DNA of 64,000 nt, taken from sequence record LR756501.1. One strand, written 5' to 3'. The notes under the pieces were generated by a model. That model ran no database searches and was not told where the DNA came from. It saw nothing but the letters and a program-made list of their open reading frames with translations. A program made the translations under genes and the position numbers. Of this stretch, positions 48,598 to 56,898 are shown piece by piece (position 1 is the stretch's first letter; each line of letters starts with the position of its first letter).

Positions 48598-48638
48598 TAA
48601 AAAAAAAACCGAACTATTGGTGTATAGTTCGGTTATTT
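48598..48638 (-). terminator. Intrinsic terminator
   Basis: aaccgaacta..tagttcggtt hairpin with A tract on +. Confidence 0.75.
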
Positions 48639-48680
48639 AAAAAGAAAGGGACGCATTAGAGGGACACCACCATATTTTTA

Positions 48681-48854
48681 TTAGTTTTCACCGCTACTTT
48701 CACCTTCATATTTAGTGACTTTAGCGTCAATCTCATCAAGTTTTCTCATGATGTCTTTTAACATTTCTCCTATATTTGGATTAACATTTCTTAACCATTT
48801 ATCAACTAAACCTTCGTTGACCTTATCATTTATAATATCGTCAAAACTTTTCAT
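48681..48854 (-). CDS. Small protein with xNE leader (below ORF-track cutoff)
   Basis: 57 aa, MKSFDDIINDKVNEGLVDKW... Confidence 0.65.
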   Translation of the reverse strand: MKSFDDIINDKVNEGLVDKWLRNVNPNIGEMLKDIMRKLDEIDAKVTKYEGESSGEN

Positions 48855-48869
48855 GGTACCTATTTTTTA

Positions 48870-49349
48870 TTAATCTTCAGCTCTTTCCTTGAGTGCATTG
48901 TAGATAGCTGTAGCTTCACCCTTTGCAATTGGAATAGTTACTTCGATTTCTTCACGTGTTTTGGTACGTTTCTTCTCTTCTTTCTTACGTCCACCTTCAT
49001 CTGTGTAAGTTTTTCTGAAAGAATTAGCTTTAGTTCTCCAAAGAGTTAACGATCCTTCGTTCTTGTTGATTTTATGTTTACGTCCACGAATAGTGAAAGT
49101 AACACTTGAATCGGTCACACTAATATCTTTTATTTGATTTTCGTTAACAGACTTCATAATTTGTTGAATGAACTTTGTGCAATTTTCTTTCCAACCTGCA
49201 GCTGTTTGATCCATAACCTTCATGTAAAGGTTTTCGTTAACTACATCAAGACCAACTTCTGTTCTCTTGGTAGATTTTTGTTCTTTTGCCTTCCAACCCG
49301 ATTTATCAAAATCGTCAAAACTTAAAAGGTTTTCTAACTTGTTTCCCAT
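48870..49349 (-). CDS. Basic hypothetical protein
   Basis: 159-aa ORF after a TATATA motif; VVNE site. Confidence 0.72.
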   Translation of the reverse strand: MGNKLENLLSFDDFDKSGWKAKEQKSTKRTEVGLDVVNENLYMKVMDQTAAGWKENCTKFIQQIMKSVNENQIKDISVTDSSVTFTIRGRKHKINKNEGSLTLWRTKANSFRKTYTDEGGRKKEEKKRTKTREEIEVTIPIAKGEATAIYNALKERAED

Positions 49350-49399
49350 ATCTTTAATTGTTATTTTTTTAGTATATATTAATATTTTTTTCCCATTTT

Positions 49400-49597
49400 T
49401 TATTTGCTTGGGTAAAAGAATCTATCGTTGACGAAATTAAATATTCTTTCTTGAACGTCATCGTCTAAATCACCAAATTCGTTTTCTATTTGACGATTTA
49501 AGTCCTCTTGTTCTTCTTCCGAGAATTGAAATGGACCACCTTTTTTATCCACAACTTCTTCCTCACTCATATATTCTAACAACTTTTTAACTTTCAT
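49400..49597 (-). CDS. Small acidic protein
   Basis: MKVKKLLE; TATATA motif upstream. Confidence 0.65.
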   Translation of the reverse strand: MKVKKLLEYMSEEEVVDKKGGPFQFSEEEQEDLNRQIENEFGDLDDDVQERIFNFVNDRFFYPSK

Positions 49598-49643
49598 AAC
49601 GATAAATTATTTTTTCGTATATATTATTTATAAAAATCCGTTT

Positions 49644-50177
49644 TTATTCAGATAAAACATAAAGATCTTCATCAGGTGGCATCGGACAATCTGTAATCCA
49701 CTTAGTACTCCTTACGTCCCAATCCCCCATATCACCAAATTTTTTCACACTAAATACCTTGAGTCTCATATCTTTACCTGGGAATTTCATCTTATCGTAA
49801 CCGTTATCATAAAATAACATTCTATCAAGGGCTGCGTGTAAAGTGAGAGTAACACCATCTAAATGTTTCAAAACTTCTAAAAATTTCTTCTTTGGGTGTG
49901 GCCAAGCGGTATAAAGAAATATCTTTTTATTTCCGTTGCTTCTTAAAATATCTATAACTTGTATTAATCTATCTGGATATAACATTGGTTCACCCCCTGT
50001 TACAAAGACTTCTTCGTAACCCTTTATTTCTTCTACTTTGGCAAGTATGTGGTCGAAATCCATTATTTGATTGCAACAACCTTTACATTTTCTATTACAT
50101 TTAAAGCTCATTACAACTCTTGCAAATCGCTTTTGTGTTTTGTTCTCAAATAGGAATTCGTTAAATTTTGTTTTCAT
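49644..50177 (-). CDS. Radical SAM protein with CTS-like leader
   Basis: ATG at 50177 gives MKTKFNEFLFE; CNRKCKGC, VTGGEP. Confidence 0.85.
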   Translation of the reverse strand: MKTKFNEFLFENKTQKRFARVVMSFKCNRKCKGCCNQIMDFDHILAKVEEIKGYEEVFVTGGEPMLYPDRLIQVIDILRSNGNKKIFLYTAWPHPKKKFLEVLKHLDGVTLTLHAALDRMLFYDNGYDKMKFPGKDMRLKVFSVKKFGDMGDWDVRSTKWITDCPMPPDEDLYVLSE

Positions 50178-50203
50178 ATTACGTATATATAAAAATATAA
50201 AAA

Positions 50204-50240
50204 CAAAAAAGGGGTACTGATTTCTCAATACCCCTTTTTA
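50204..50240 (-). terminator. Terminator after RNase P RNA
   Basis: aaggggta(t/c)tga hairpin + U tract on -. Confidence 0.8.
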
Positions 50241-50251
50241 TGGTTCTTCAC

Positions 50252-50478
50252 GTAATTATCTCGTAGCCGCGATCCTGTTTCTAATCTTACATTTATCTAA
50301 GTCTTTCGACTTCCTTTCCAATGAAAGGTGCACCAACCCGTTCTCATAGACCAGCTCACCGTCTCGAACTGTTTGGCTTGCAACCTCAGTTGTGCAAACG
50401 ACTGATTAGGTCTCCAACTTTAAGCTGTGTTGTCGCGAACTTCCTCTAGTTTTCACCAGCGTAAGATCGAATAACTAC
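50252..50478 (-). ncRNA. rnpB: Minimal RNase P RNA (catalytic domain, reduced specificity domain)
   Basis: P1 gtagttattcg/cgagataattac; P2 atcttac/gtaagat; P3 with GAAA loop; GAGGAAGUUCGCGA pairs with UCGCGGCU (P4, bulged U); P5 caac/gttg then CAAGCCAAA; UAGAUAAAUG; ACAGGA. Confidence 0.85.
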
Positions 50479-50479
50479 C

Positions 50480-51508
50480 TTACTCCCCATACTTTAACAA
50501 GAACTCTGGATTAATAGCCTTGAAAGATACTCTTCCATTCACTAAATCAAAGTCATTCAAAATTGTAATGTCGAAGTCTTGCAACTCAACCAATGGTCTA
50601 ATAACAATACCTTCACGAGGTCCATTACCATTATCTACAACTGTCTTACCCTTTGATAATTCCACAAGTTCGTCAATGTTATTTGTAATAACAAAATCTG
50701 TGAAAAGAACTGGAACAGTTTCCAAACCAAGGCTTTCAATGAAGTTAATAAACTCATCGAAATTGTAGTACTTTTGATCGTCAATGTCGAACACATTGAA
50801 GAATCTAATATTCTGACCCTTGATCTTGTACTTATTGCTTTGGATTCCTTCGCCGTAAATTTCACCTTGTAAACTTACGTTCTTTCCAATACTTCTTAAC
50901 TTGTTCTCGATGTCGAACTTTCTTGTTAACTTCCACAAAGAATTGCCCTCTGTTTCGTTTAACTCTAAGTTCCTCGAACATACACCAAATTCACCGTTAT
51001 TTAAGTAAACTGTGTATGACGAACCGTCAACCTTTTCTGTGTAGTAACACTTTACACCGTTGTACTTATCAAGCAATGCTTGTAAAACTTGTACTCTGGT
51101 TTCATCACTCTTAACGATGAATGAAGGGAACTTACCCTTTGTATCACCACCCAAACAAGCAGGCTCGGCTGGTTCGTACTTGGTAACACCAAGAATTTCT
51201 GTTACATCCATTTCCTCTACAATTTCAATTCCTTCTGGAAGAATTGAAAGAGGGAAACAGATACCTTGACTGATAGCACCACGTAAACGAATTGTACGAA
51301 TACGGAATCCTACCTTTCTCAAGAATTCAAACTTTGGTGAATCTGGAAGTAAACTATCAATCTCACAGTAAACACAAAGATCACCAATATTAAATTCTCC
51401 CTTTTGCACGACTACGTGCCACCCTAAAACTCTTGCCAATTCTAATTGATCTGCGTTAGGGATTGATCTCAAGTCTGAGATCCTCTGAATTGAAGCTAAA
51501 TTTCTCAT
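50480..51508 (-). CDS. ATP-dependent RNA ligase (DRB0094-like)
   Basis: TEKVDGSS motif I, QGEIYG, FFNVF, REGIV, FKAIN; TATATTTG promoter at 51595-51602. Confidence 0.92.
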   Translation of the reverse strand: MRNLASIQRISDLRSIPNADQLELARVLGWHVVVQKGEFNIGDLCVYCEIDSLLPDSPKFEFLRKVGFRIRTIRLRGAISQGICFPLSILPEGIEIVEEMDVTEILGVTKYEPAEPACLGGDTKGKFPSFIVKSDETRVQVLQALLDKYNGVKCYYTEKVDGSSYTVYLNNGEFGVCSRNLELNETEGNSLWKLTRKFDIENKLRSIGKNVSLQGEIYGEGIQSNKYKIKGQNIRFFNVFDIDDQKYYNFDEFINFIESLGLETVPVLFTDFVITNNIDELVELSKGKTVVDNGNGPREGIVIRPLVELQDFDITILNDFDLVNGRVSFKAINPEFLLKYGE

Positions 51509-51626
51509 CTCTTTTCTTATTTTTTAGTTACTGATTATTCTTGGGGAATGTAGCTCAGTAGCCAAAAAATAGTAAGTCGAGTGATACAAGACTACAAATA
51601 TACTATAATTTTTCTGAAATAAAAAA

Positions 51627-51809
51627 TTACCAATTAATAATTTTAAAATTTACACCCTTACTCTTTACTATCTTTCCATCAGCCTCAAGTTCAGCAGTTA
51701 TATTTTTAACCAAAACCTCACTTAAACCTGTGACGTCCCAGTAGTAATGTAAATCACCTTTCTTCGCGCTTTTTAAGATTTCTCTCTTAATTTTCTTAAT
51801 ATCATCCAT
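51627..51809 (-). CDS. Small hypothetical protein
   Basis: 60-aa ORF in operon. Confidence 0.6.
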   Translation of the reverse strand: MDDIKKIKREILKSAKKGDLHYYWDVTGLSEVLVKNITAELEADGKIVKSKGVNFKIINW

Positions 51810-52001
51810 TTAATCTACCTCCCTAAATCTTTTTATTATTCTCTTAAGCTCCTTATAAGCTTTATCTTTAGTTGATTCTTTTACAACAAGTCTTTCATTT
51901 AGTTTCAGATATGCTGTAAAAGAATCTTCTAAAGTGTTTTGAATGTATATAATGTTACCTAACTTCTCATCGTTTTCTTCTGTTACTCTTATATAATTCA
52001 T
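51810..52001 (-). CDS. Small hypothetical protein
   Basis: 63-aa ORF in operon. Confidence 0.6.
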   Translation of the reverse strand: MNYIRVTEENDEKLGNIIYIQNTLEDSFTAYLKLNERLVVKESTKDKAYKELKRIIKRFREVD

Positions 52002-52019
52002 TAATTTATATATTTATTT

Positions 52020-54047
52020 TTAAACCTCCATTCTTTCGTAATGCGAAAATGTTAAATTATTTATCGCTCTCCCCTGTGATAAAGTTCTTAAAGTTGTTAT
52101 AAACCCAAACTTCTCAGATAAAGGCGATTTAACCTTTAATATCACAGTTGAATCAGCTAAAGTATCTATTGATACTACCTGCGAACGACGCCTATTCAAC
52201 TCTCCTATTATATTACTTAAATATTCTTCTGGTGTCGCAACTTCTTCATCCATAATTGGTTCCAATAAAACTGGATTGCCTTTCATGTAAGCTGTTGGAA
52301 ATGAAAGTTTAACACAAGTTTCAAAAGCCAACGGACTAGAATCCACAACGTGAATTGCTCCGTCTATAATAGTTACTTTCAAACTTTCAATTTCATTACC
52401 AGCTAAAGGTCCGCTAACCATACAATCTTTGAAAGCTTTTTCAATAGTTGGCATATATTCTCTTGGAATATTTCCACCTTTGACTTCGTTAACAAAGATT
52501 AAACCTTTAGTATCATCAAGAACTGGCTCCATTCTATATTCGATTTCAGCAAACATACCTTTACCACCAGTTTGTCTTGATAATCTTTCTCTATGTGTTA
52601 CTGGTCTTGTAATAGTTTCTCTATAAGAAACTTTAGGTTGACCAGTATTACAATCAACGTTAAATTCAGTTCCTAATCTACTAACTATAACATCAAGATA
52701 GAGTTCACCCATTCCACTAACAACAGTTTGTCCGTTTTCATCAACCTTTACAGAGAAAGTGGGATCTTCTTCAGCCAATTTTTGTAAAGCAAATCCTAAT
52801 TTATCGTTATCTTTATTAGTTAAAGGTTCAATAGTAATTGATATAACCGGTTTAGCATTTGTTATACTTTCAAGTGTAAAGACGTTCTTATCTCCACATA
52901 AAGTATCACCTGTCCAAATATCTTTCATACCAACTATTGCACAAATATCACCAGCACTAGCCGATTTAATATCTGACTTTTTATCAGCCTGAATTGAGAA
53001 CAATCTTGATATTCTCTCAGCCTTTTTAGTTCTAGCGTTGTAAATAGTCTGTCCAACTTTAATAGTGCCAGAGTAAATTCTAATCATAGATAATTTACCA
53101 GCGTTCTTATCAGACATTATCTTAAACACAAGAGCAGATAAAACTTCATTTTCATTTGTTTTAATTTCTATATCTTCTTCGTCTTTCACTGCTGAAATTG
53201 TACTTCTATCCATTGGTGAAGGAAGAAAATTTACAACCGCGTCCAGTAAAGTTTGTACTCCTTTATTTTTCTTAGCTGTTCCACATAAAACTGGAACTAC
53301 TTTAAAATCAAGAGTTAACTTGCGAATTTTATTGAATATATCTTCTTTGGTTATTGTTTCTATTGCTTCAAAATATTGATGCATGAAATCACTATCGTAA
53401 TCACAAATAGTTTCAAGTATTTGTTCGTGATAGTATATTGCGTTAACCAAATATTCTTCTGGTATTTCAGATACTTCGTATTCTTCGCCTAACGTTTCAC
53501 TATTCCAAGTGATATATTTCATATTGATTAAATCAATAACTCCTTTGAAATTATCTTCACTACCAACAGGTAATTGTATAATAAGAGGTTTTGATTTTAA
53601 TCTATTTTCAATTTGTTCAACAACTTTAAAGAAATCAGCACCAGTTCTATCCATTTTATTAATGAAAGCGATTCTTGGAACTTTATATCTATTAGCTTGA
53701 CGCCAAACTGTTTCAGATTGTGGTTGTACACCGCCAACACCACAGAACACTACAACTGCACCATCTAATATTCTAAGTGAACGTTCTACTTCACCAGTAA
53801 AATCAATATGTCCAGGAGTATCTATAATTGTAATTTTATGATCGTTCCATTCGCAAGTAACTGCAGCAGACATAATTGTAATGCCTCTTTCTCTTTCTTG
53901 TGGCATGGAATCTGTGGTTGTATTACCGTCGTGGACTTCGCCCATTTTATGATTTTGTCCAGTATAATACAATACGCGCTCAGTCAACGTGGTTTTACCA
54001 GCGTCGATGTGTGCTATAATTCCTATATTTCTATTTTTTAAGTTCAT
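52020..54047 (-). CDS. fusA: Elongation factor G
   Basis: [35 protein letters not shown], domain V. Confidence 0.97.
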   Translation of the reverse strand: MNLKNRNIGIIAHIDAGKTTLTERVLYYTGQNHKMGEVHDGNTTTDSMPQERERGITIMSAAVTCEWNDHKITIIDTPGHIDFTGEVERSLRILDGAVVVFCGVGGVQPQSETVWRQANRYKVPRIAFINKMDRTGADFFKVVEQIENRLKSKPLIIQLPVGSEDNFKGVIDLINMKYITWNSETLGEEYEVSEIPEEYLVNAIYYHEQILETICDYDSDFMHQYFEAIETITKEDIFNKIRKLTLDFKVVPVLCGTAKKNKGVQTLLDAVVNFLPSPMDRSTISAVKDEEDIEIKTNENEVLSALVFKIMSDKNAGKLSMIRIYSGTIKVGQTIYNARTKKAERISRLFSIQADKKSDIKSASAGDICAIVGMKDIWTGDTLCGDKNVFTLESITNAKPVISITIEPLTNKDNDKLGFALQKLAEEDPTFSVKVDENGQTVVSGMGELYLDVIVSRLGTEFNVDCNTGQPKVSYRETITRPVTHRERLSRQTGGKGMFAEIEYRMEPVLDDTKGLIFVNEVKGGNIPREYMPTIEKAFKDCMVSGPLAGNEIESLKVTIIDGAIHVVDSSPLAFETCVKLSFPTAYMKGNPVLLEPIMDEEVATPEEYLSNIIGELNRRRSQVVSIDTLADSTVILKVKSPLSEKFGFITTLRTLSQGRAINNLTFSHYERMEV

Positions 54048-54232
54048 TTTATTTCTATTTTTTTCAACCAGTGTTTTGTGTACACTGTTGTTTTATCTTT
54101 ATCATCGAAACTTACTTTTGTACCGTCCCAGATGCCAACAAGTTCGATATGGATCGTAATCCAACCTTTTCCTCCCCAACCAGACTTAGCATCAATGTAA
54201 ACGACAGTATCACCCGCTTGTATATCATCCAA
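54044..54232 (-). CDS. Small hypothetical protein
   Basis: [11 protein letters not shown]3-like start. Confidence 0.6.
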   Translation of the reverse strand: MDDIQAGDTVVYIDAKSGWGGKGWITIHIELVGIWDGTKVSFDDKDKTTVYTKHWLKKIEIK

Positions 54233-54304
54233 TATGGTCCCTATGGGTTTCCCATATGAATTATACTTCTTATTTATGTATTCAGTATTTGCGGCACATG
54301 TCTC

Positions 54305-54601
54305 CTATAATTTAGATTTTAAAATAGCAATCTCTTTTGAACTTCCTATCTTTCTGTATAATTCATCGGGATGAAATCCATCAGCCCAAGTTTTTCCGCA
54401 AGATTCGTGATATTTTTCAGCAAGTCTGTGATGCTCACCACATAAAGATATACCATTTTCTTTTACGTAACCACCTTCAGGCATTTCATTTCTATCTGTA
54501 ATGTGGTGAGCGTCAACTGCCTCCTTATCACAAAAGACACATTTATATCCGTCTCTTTTAAAGACTTCTGTGCGGAAAATATGTCTAATCAATTTCTTCA
54601 T
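54305..54601 (-). CDS. HNH endonuclease
   Basis: RDGYKCVFC, DAHHI, NGISLCGEHH. Confidence 0.85.
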   Translation of the reverse strand: MKKLIRHIFRTEVFKRDGYKCVFCDKEAVDAHHITDRNEMPEGGYVKENGISLCGEHHRLAEKYHESCGKTWADGFHPDELYRKIGSSKEIAILKSKL

Positions 54602-54605
54602 CCTT

Positions 54606-54773
54606 TTATTCTGTTCCTAATCCGAAATTTGTTTCGTCAATTACGTCTTCAATCAACTCCATTATTTCGTCTTTGATATTCTGCTTGTAAACTTCAGTTC
54701 CTTCCCAGGGATGTTCGATACAGTTTCTATCAATTATTTTTTCAATTTTAGCTTCTAATTTCCATCTGTCCAT
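54606..54773 (-). CDS. Small hypothetical protein (start 54773)
   Basis: MDRWKLEAK...; aggagg-like RBS upstream. Confidence 0.6.
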   Translation of the reverse strand: MDRWKLEAKIEKIIDRNCIEHPWEGTEVYKQNIKDEIMELIEDVIDETNFGLGTE

Positions 54774-54792
54774 AACATCCTCCTTTCTTAAT

Positions 54793-54868
54793 TGGCGGCC
54801 CATACGGGAGTTGAACCCGCTCCATACTCCGTGACAGGGAGACATCTTAACCGTTTGACCTATGAGCC
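54793..54868 (-). tRNA. tRNA-Asp(GTC), CCA encoded
   Basis: ctcc-CTGTCAC-ggag. Confidence 0.92.
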
Positions 54869-54873
54869 ATTTG

Positions 54874-54944
54874 CAGTACCGGCAGGATTCGAACCTACAA
54901 CCCCCGCCTCACTGGCGGTACACGTCCAATTGTGCTTCAATACT
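54874..54944 (-). tRNA. Atypical tRNA, possible GTG (His) anticodon in an aberrant loop
   Basis: Acceptor, D and T arms present; ccgcc-AGTGA-ggcgg, no U33. Confidence 0.5.
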
Positions 54945-55004
54945 AACACATTGATTTTATTAGCTCTTATTACAATGTGACTTATACTTTTGATATAAGA
55001 TTTG

Positions 55005-55078
55005 CAGTATGGACGGGATTCGAACCCGCGACCTTCGCCGTGACAGGGCGACATTCTAACCAACTGAACTACCAAACT
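55005..55078 (-). tRNA. tRNA-Asp(GTC)
   Basis: tcgcc-CTGTCAC-ggcga. Confidence 0.92.
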
Positions 55079-55083
55079 ATTTG

Positions 55084-55164
55084 TGGGAGTAGAAGGACTC
55101 GAACCTCCGAACTCTATGAGAACAGATTTACAGTCTGCTGCAATTGCCGCTATGCGATACTCCC
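55084..55164 (-). tRNA. tRNA-Tyr(GTA)
   Basis: gcaga-CTGTAAA-tctgt; long variable arm. Confidence 0.92.
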
Positions 55165-55169
55165 ATTTG

Positions 55170-55242
55170 TCGTGATGATTGGATTCGAACCAACGGTCGC
55201 CTGTTTATCCGACAGGTGCTCTAACCTCTGAGCTACACCACA
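55170..55242 (-). tRNA. tRNA-Ile(GAT), G33 variant
   Basis: cctgt-CGGATAA-acagg. Confidence 0.75.
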
Positions 55243-55331
55243 TCGCCCTGTTTTATTAAGCTTTTATGTGCACTTATTACTTTTTTATTCAGAACGTATT
55301 AACACCTTCCGATGTTAAATATTTTAAAGAA

Positions 55332-55391
55332 CAGAATACATTTGTTGTTTCAATTTACAGTTGAGTCGTTTTTGTTTGCTGTAAGTATTCT
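55332..55391 (-). ncRNA. UUACAGCAA stem element with a Tyr-type anticodon loop
   Basis: agaatac/gtattct stem; tcaa-CTGTAAA-ttga. Confidence 0.55.
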
Positions 55392-55402
55392 TTAATCTCT
55401 TG

Positions 55403-55476
55403 CGGGCCCAGTGAGAGTCGAACTCACATCTGATCGGTTAACAGCCGAGGGTTTTATCCATTAGTACTACAGGCCC
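55403..55476 (-). tRNA. tRNA-Asn(GTT)
   Basis: tcgg-CTGTTAA-ccga. Confidence 0.9.
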
Positions 55477-55491
55477 ATTATGCTTTAATCT

Positions 55492-55566
55492 TGGAGGACG
55501 AGGGGAATATCGAAATCCCGACCCATTGGTTAACAGCCAATCGCTCTGCCTCTGAGCTACTCATCC
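55492..55566 (-). tRNA. tRNA-Asn(GTT), CCA encoded
   Basis: attgg-CTGTTAA-ccaat. Confidence 0.9.
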
Positions 55567-55568
55567 AT

Positions 55569-55645
55569 TGGCTCCCCAGACAGGACTTGAACCTGTGACC
55601 CTTTGATTAACAGTCAAATGCTCTAACCAACTGAGCTACTGAGGA
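55569..55645 (-). tRNA. tRNA-Asn(GTT), CCA encoded
   Basis: tttga-CTGTTAA-tcaaa. Confidence 0.93.
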
Positions 55646-55653
55646 ATATTTTG

Positions 55654-55730
55654 CGGACCCAAAGGGATTCGAACCCTCCTGTTTGTACTGAGTGACAGTC
55701 AGACGGCCACGCCTAGCAGCCCCTGAGTCC
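55654..55730 (-). tRNA. tRNA-Asp(GTC)
   Basis: ctga-CTGTCAC-tcag. Confidence 0.85.
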
Positions 55731-55734
55731 ATTT

Positions 55735-55825
55735 AGTAGTATGTGTATTGTGTAGTTGCATCCGTTGATCAGGCTTTATTACGTAATTATCCTGTAGGAC
55801 TCGGCCGCACATAACCCACACTACT
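55735..55825 (-). ncRNA. Candidate structured ncRNA inside the tRNA array
   Basis: Closing stem agtagtgtg/cacatactact; internal cagg/cctg. Confidence 0.4.
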
Positions 55826-55830
55826 TTTTG

Positions 55831-55905
55831 TCGGCGAGGGAGGACTTGAACCTCCAACCTCGAAGTTATCAGCTTCGCCATCTAACCAATTGATAATACA
55901 CGCCG
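55831..55905 (-). tRNA. tRNA-Ile(GAT)
   Basis: cgaag-CTGATAA-cttcg. Confidence 0.9.
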
Positions 55906-55911
55906 TTGTTG

Positions 55912-55983
55912 AGGTAGTGGAGGGATTTGAACCCCCGTCTCTGGTTTTGCAGACCATCGCCTAAGCCACTCGGCCACACTACC
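55912..55983 (-). tRNA. tRNA-Cys(GCA)
   Basis: tggt-CTGCAAA-acca; U73. Confidence 0.92.
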
Positions 55984-56003
55984 CTATAATAATATTTCAA
56001 TAC

Positions 56004-56013
56004 TTCAAAGAAC
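56004..56013 (-). promoter_or_regulatory. boxA-like element
   Basis: GTTCTTTGAAgTATTGAAATA. Confidence 0.65.
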
Positions 56014-56400
56014 TAATTTATATTCATCATATTTCTTACTAAGAGTAAGTGTACTTTTAGCGTTTATTTCACAACTAGGTATCGAATAAGCATCACCTAT
56101 ATCTGTTAAAATAAACAAAATATCACAATTTCTATTATCAAAGTAATGAATATTGTGATTACTTTTATTTCCACCACACGTTTTAATATTTACATTGTAA
56201 GAACCATATTTAGTCTTATATTGAGTTGTTTTAACTTGAACTTTTTTTAATTCACCATCATCTAATATCAAATCATATTTTTGATTCTCACTTATCGGTA
56301 AAGATACTGTAAATCCCATTTTTTGATATTCATATAGTGCTTTACATAATCCTATATTACCTTGGTCAGTTGTTGTTAAACAGTTTTTAAATAATTCCAT
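56005..56400 (-). CDS. Free-standing PD-(D/E)XK endonuclease (PDDEXK_5-like)
   Basis: GNIG..A, YDLILDD, KVQVKT. Confidence 0.82.
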   Translation of the reverse strand: MELFKNCLTTTDQGNIGLCKALYEYQKMGFTVSLPISENQKYDLILDDGELKKVQVKTTQYKTKYGSYNVNIKTCGGNKSNHNIHYFDNRNCDILFILTDIGDAYSIPSCEINAKSTLTLSKKYDEYKLVL

Positions 56401-56453
56401 TTTCGTTTTTATATTTATATATAAAAAACGGTATGGCCTACCTTTGTAAATAT

Positions 56454-56463
56454 TTCAAAGAAC
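56454..56463 (-). promoter_or_regulatory. boxA-like element
   Basis: GTTCTTTGAAATATT. Confidence 0.6.
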
Positions 56464-56473
56464 TCTTTTTTTG

Positions 56474-56541
56474 TGCCGCCGGAAGGAATTGAACCTTCTC
56501 GCTAAGCTTTTACAGAGCTGTCGTCTCCCTGGATCGTCGGC
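56474..56541 (-). tRNA. Atypical short tRNA with GTA (Tyr) anticodon, no long variable arm, reduced D arm
   Basis: agct-CTGTAAA-agct; gaagg-TTCAATT-ccttc; 68 nt. Confidence 0.55.
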
Positions 56542-56596
56542 TTATAAATTTCTACGCACTATTAGATGCTGCCTATGAAATTTTAACAGTCTGCTG

Positions 56597-56671
56597 TGGG
56601 TATGGCAGGACTTGAACCTACAACCTTGTCGGTATCAGCGACATGCTCTCAACCAATTGAGCTACACACCC
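56597..56671 (-). tRNA. tRNA-Ile(GAT)
   Basis: tgtcg-CTGATAC-cgaca. Confidence 0.92.
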
Positions 56672-56674
56672 GTT

Positions 56675-56806
56675 TAAGATAAGTAATAATGTGGTCTAGT
56701 AATTTATCTTTGAAAGTCCTGATGGGAAGCCAGGCGGGAATCTGTCCTTGTGGGCCAGCCCCCTATTCTCACTAAGTTTCTATACGCGTTTACCAAACTT
56801 ATCTTA
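56675..56806 (-). ncRNA. Candidate rod-shaped ncRNA
   Basis: 10-bp closing stem taagataagt/acttatctta; GC-rich inner stem. Confidence 0.45.
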
Positions 56807-56898
56807 TTTTTAAAGATATTGTTTTCTTTACAATCAGACCTAAATGTTATAGGGTTGAAATCTAATCAACTTTTACAATATCTTATTTTTTCAATATA

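Noticed and set aside
56545-56590. Hairpin containing tctaata as an amber suppressor fragment
   Set aside because: No T arm, D arm or acceptor stem, and the loop geometry is not an anticodon loop.
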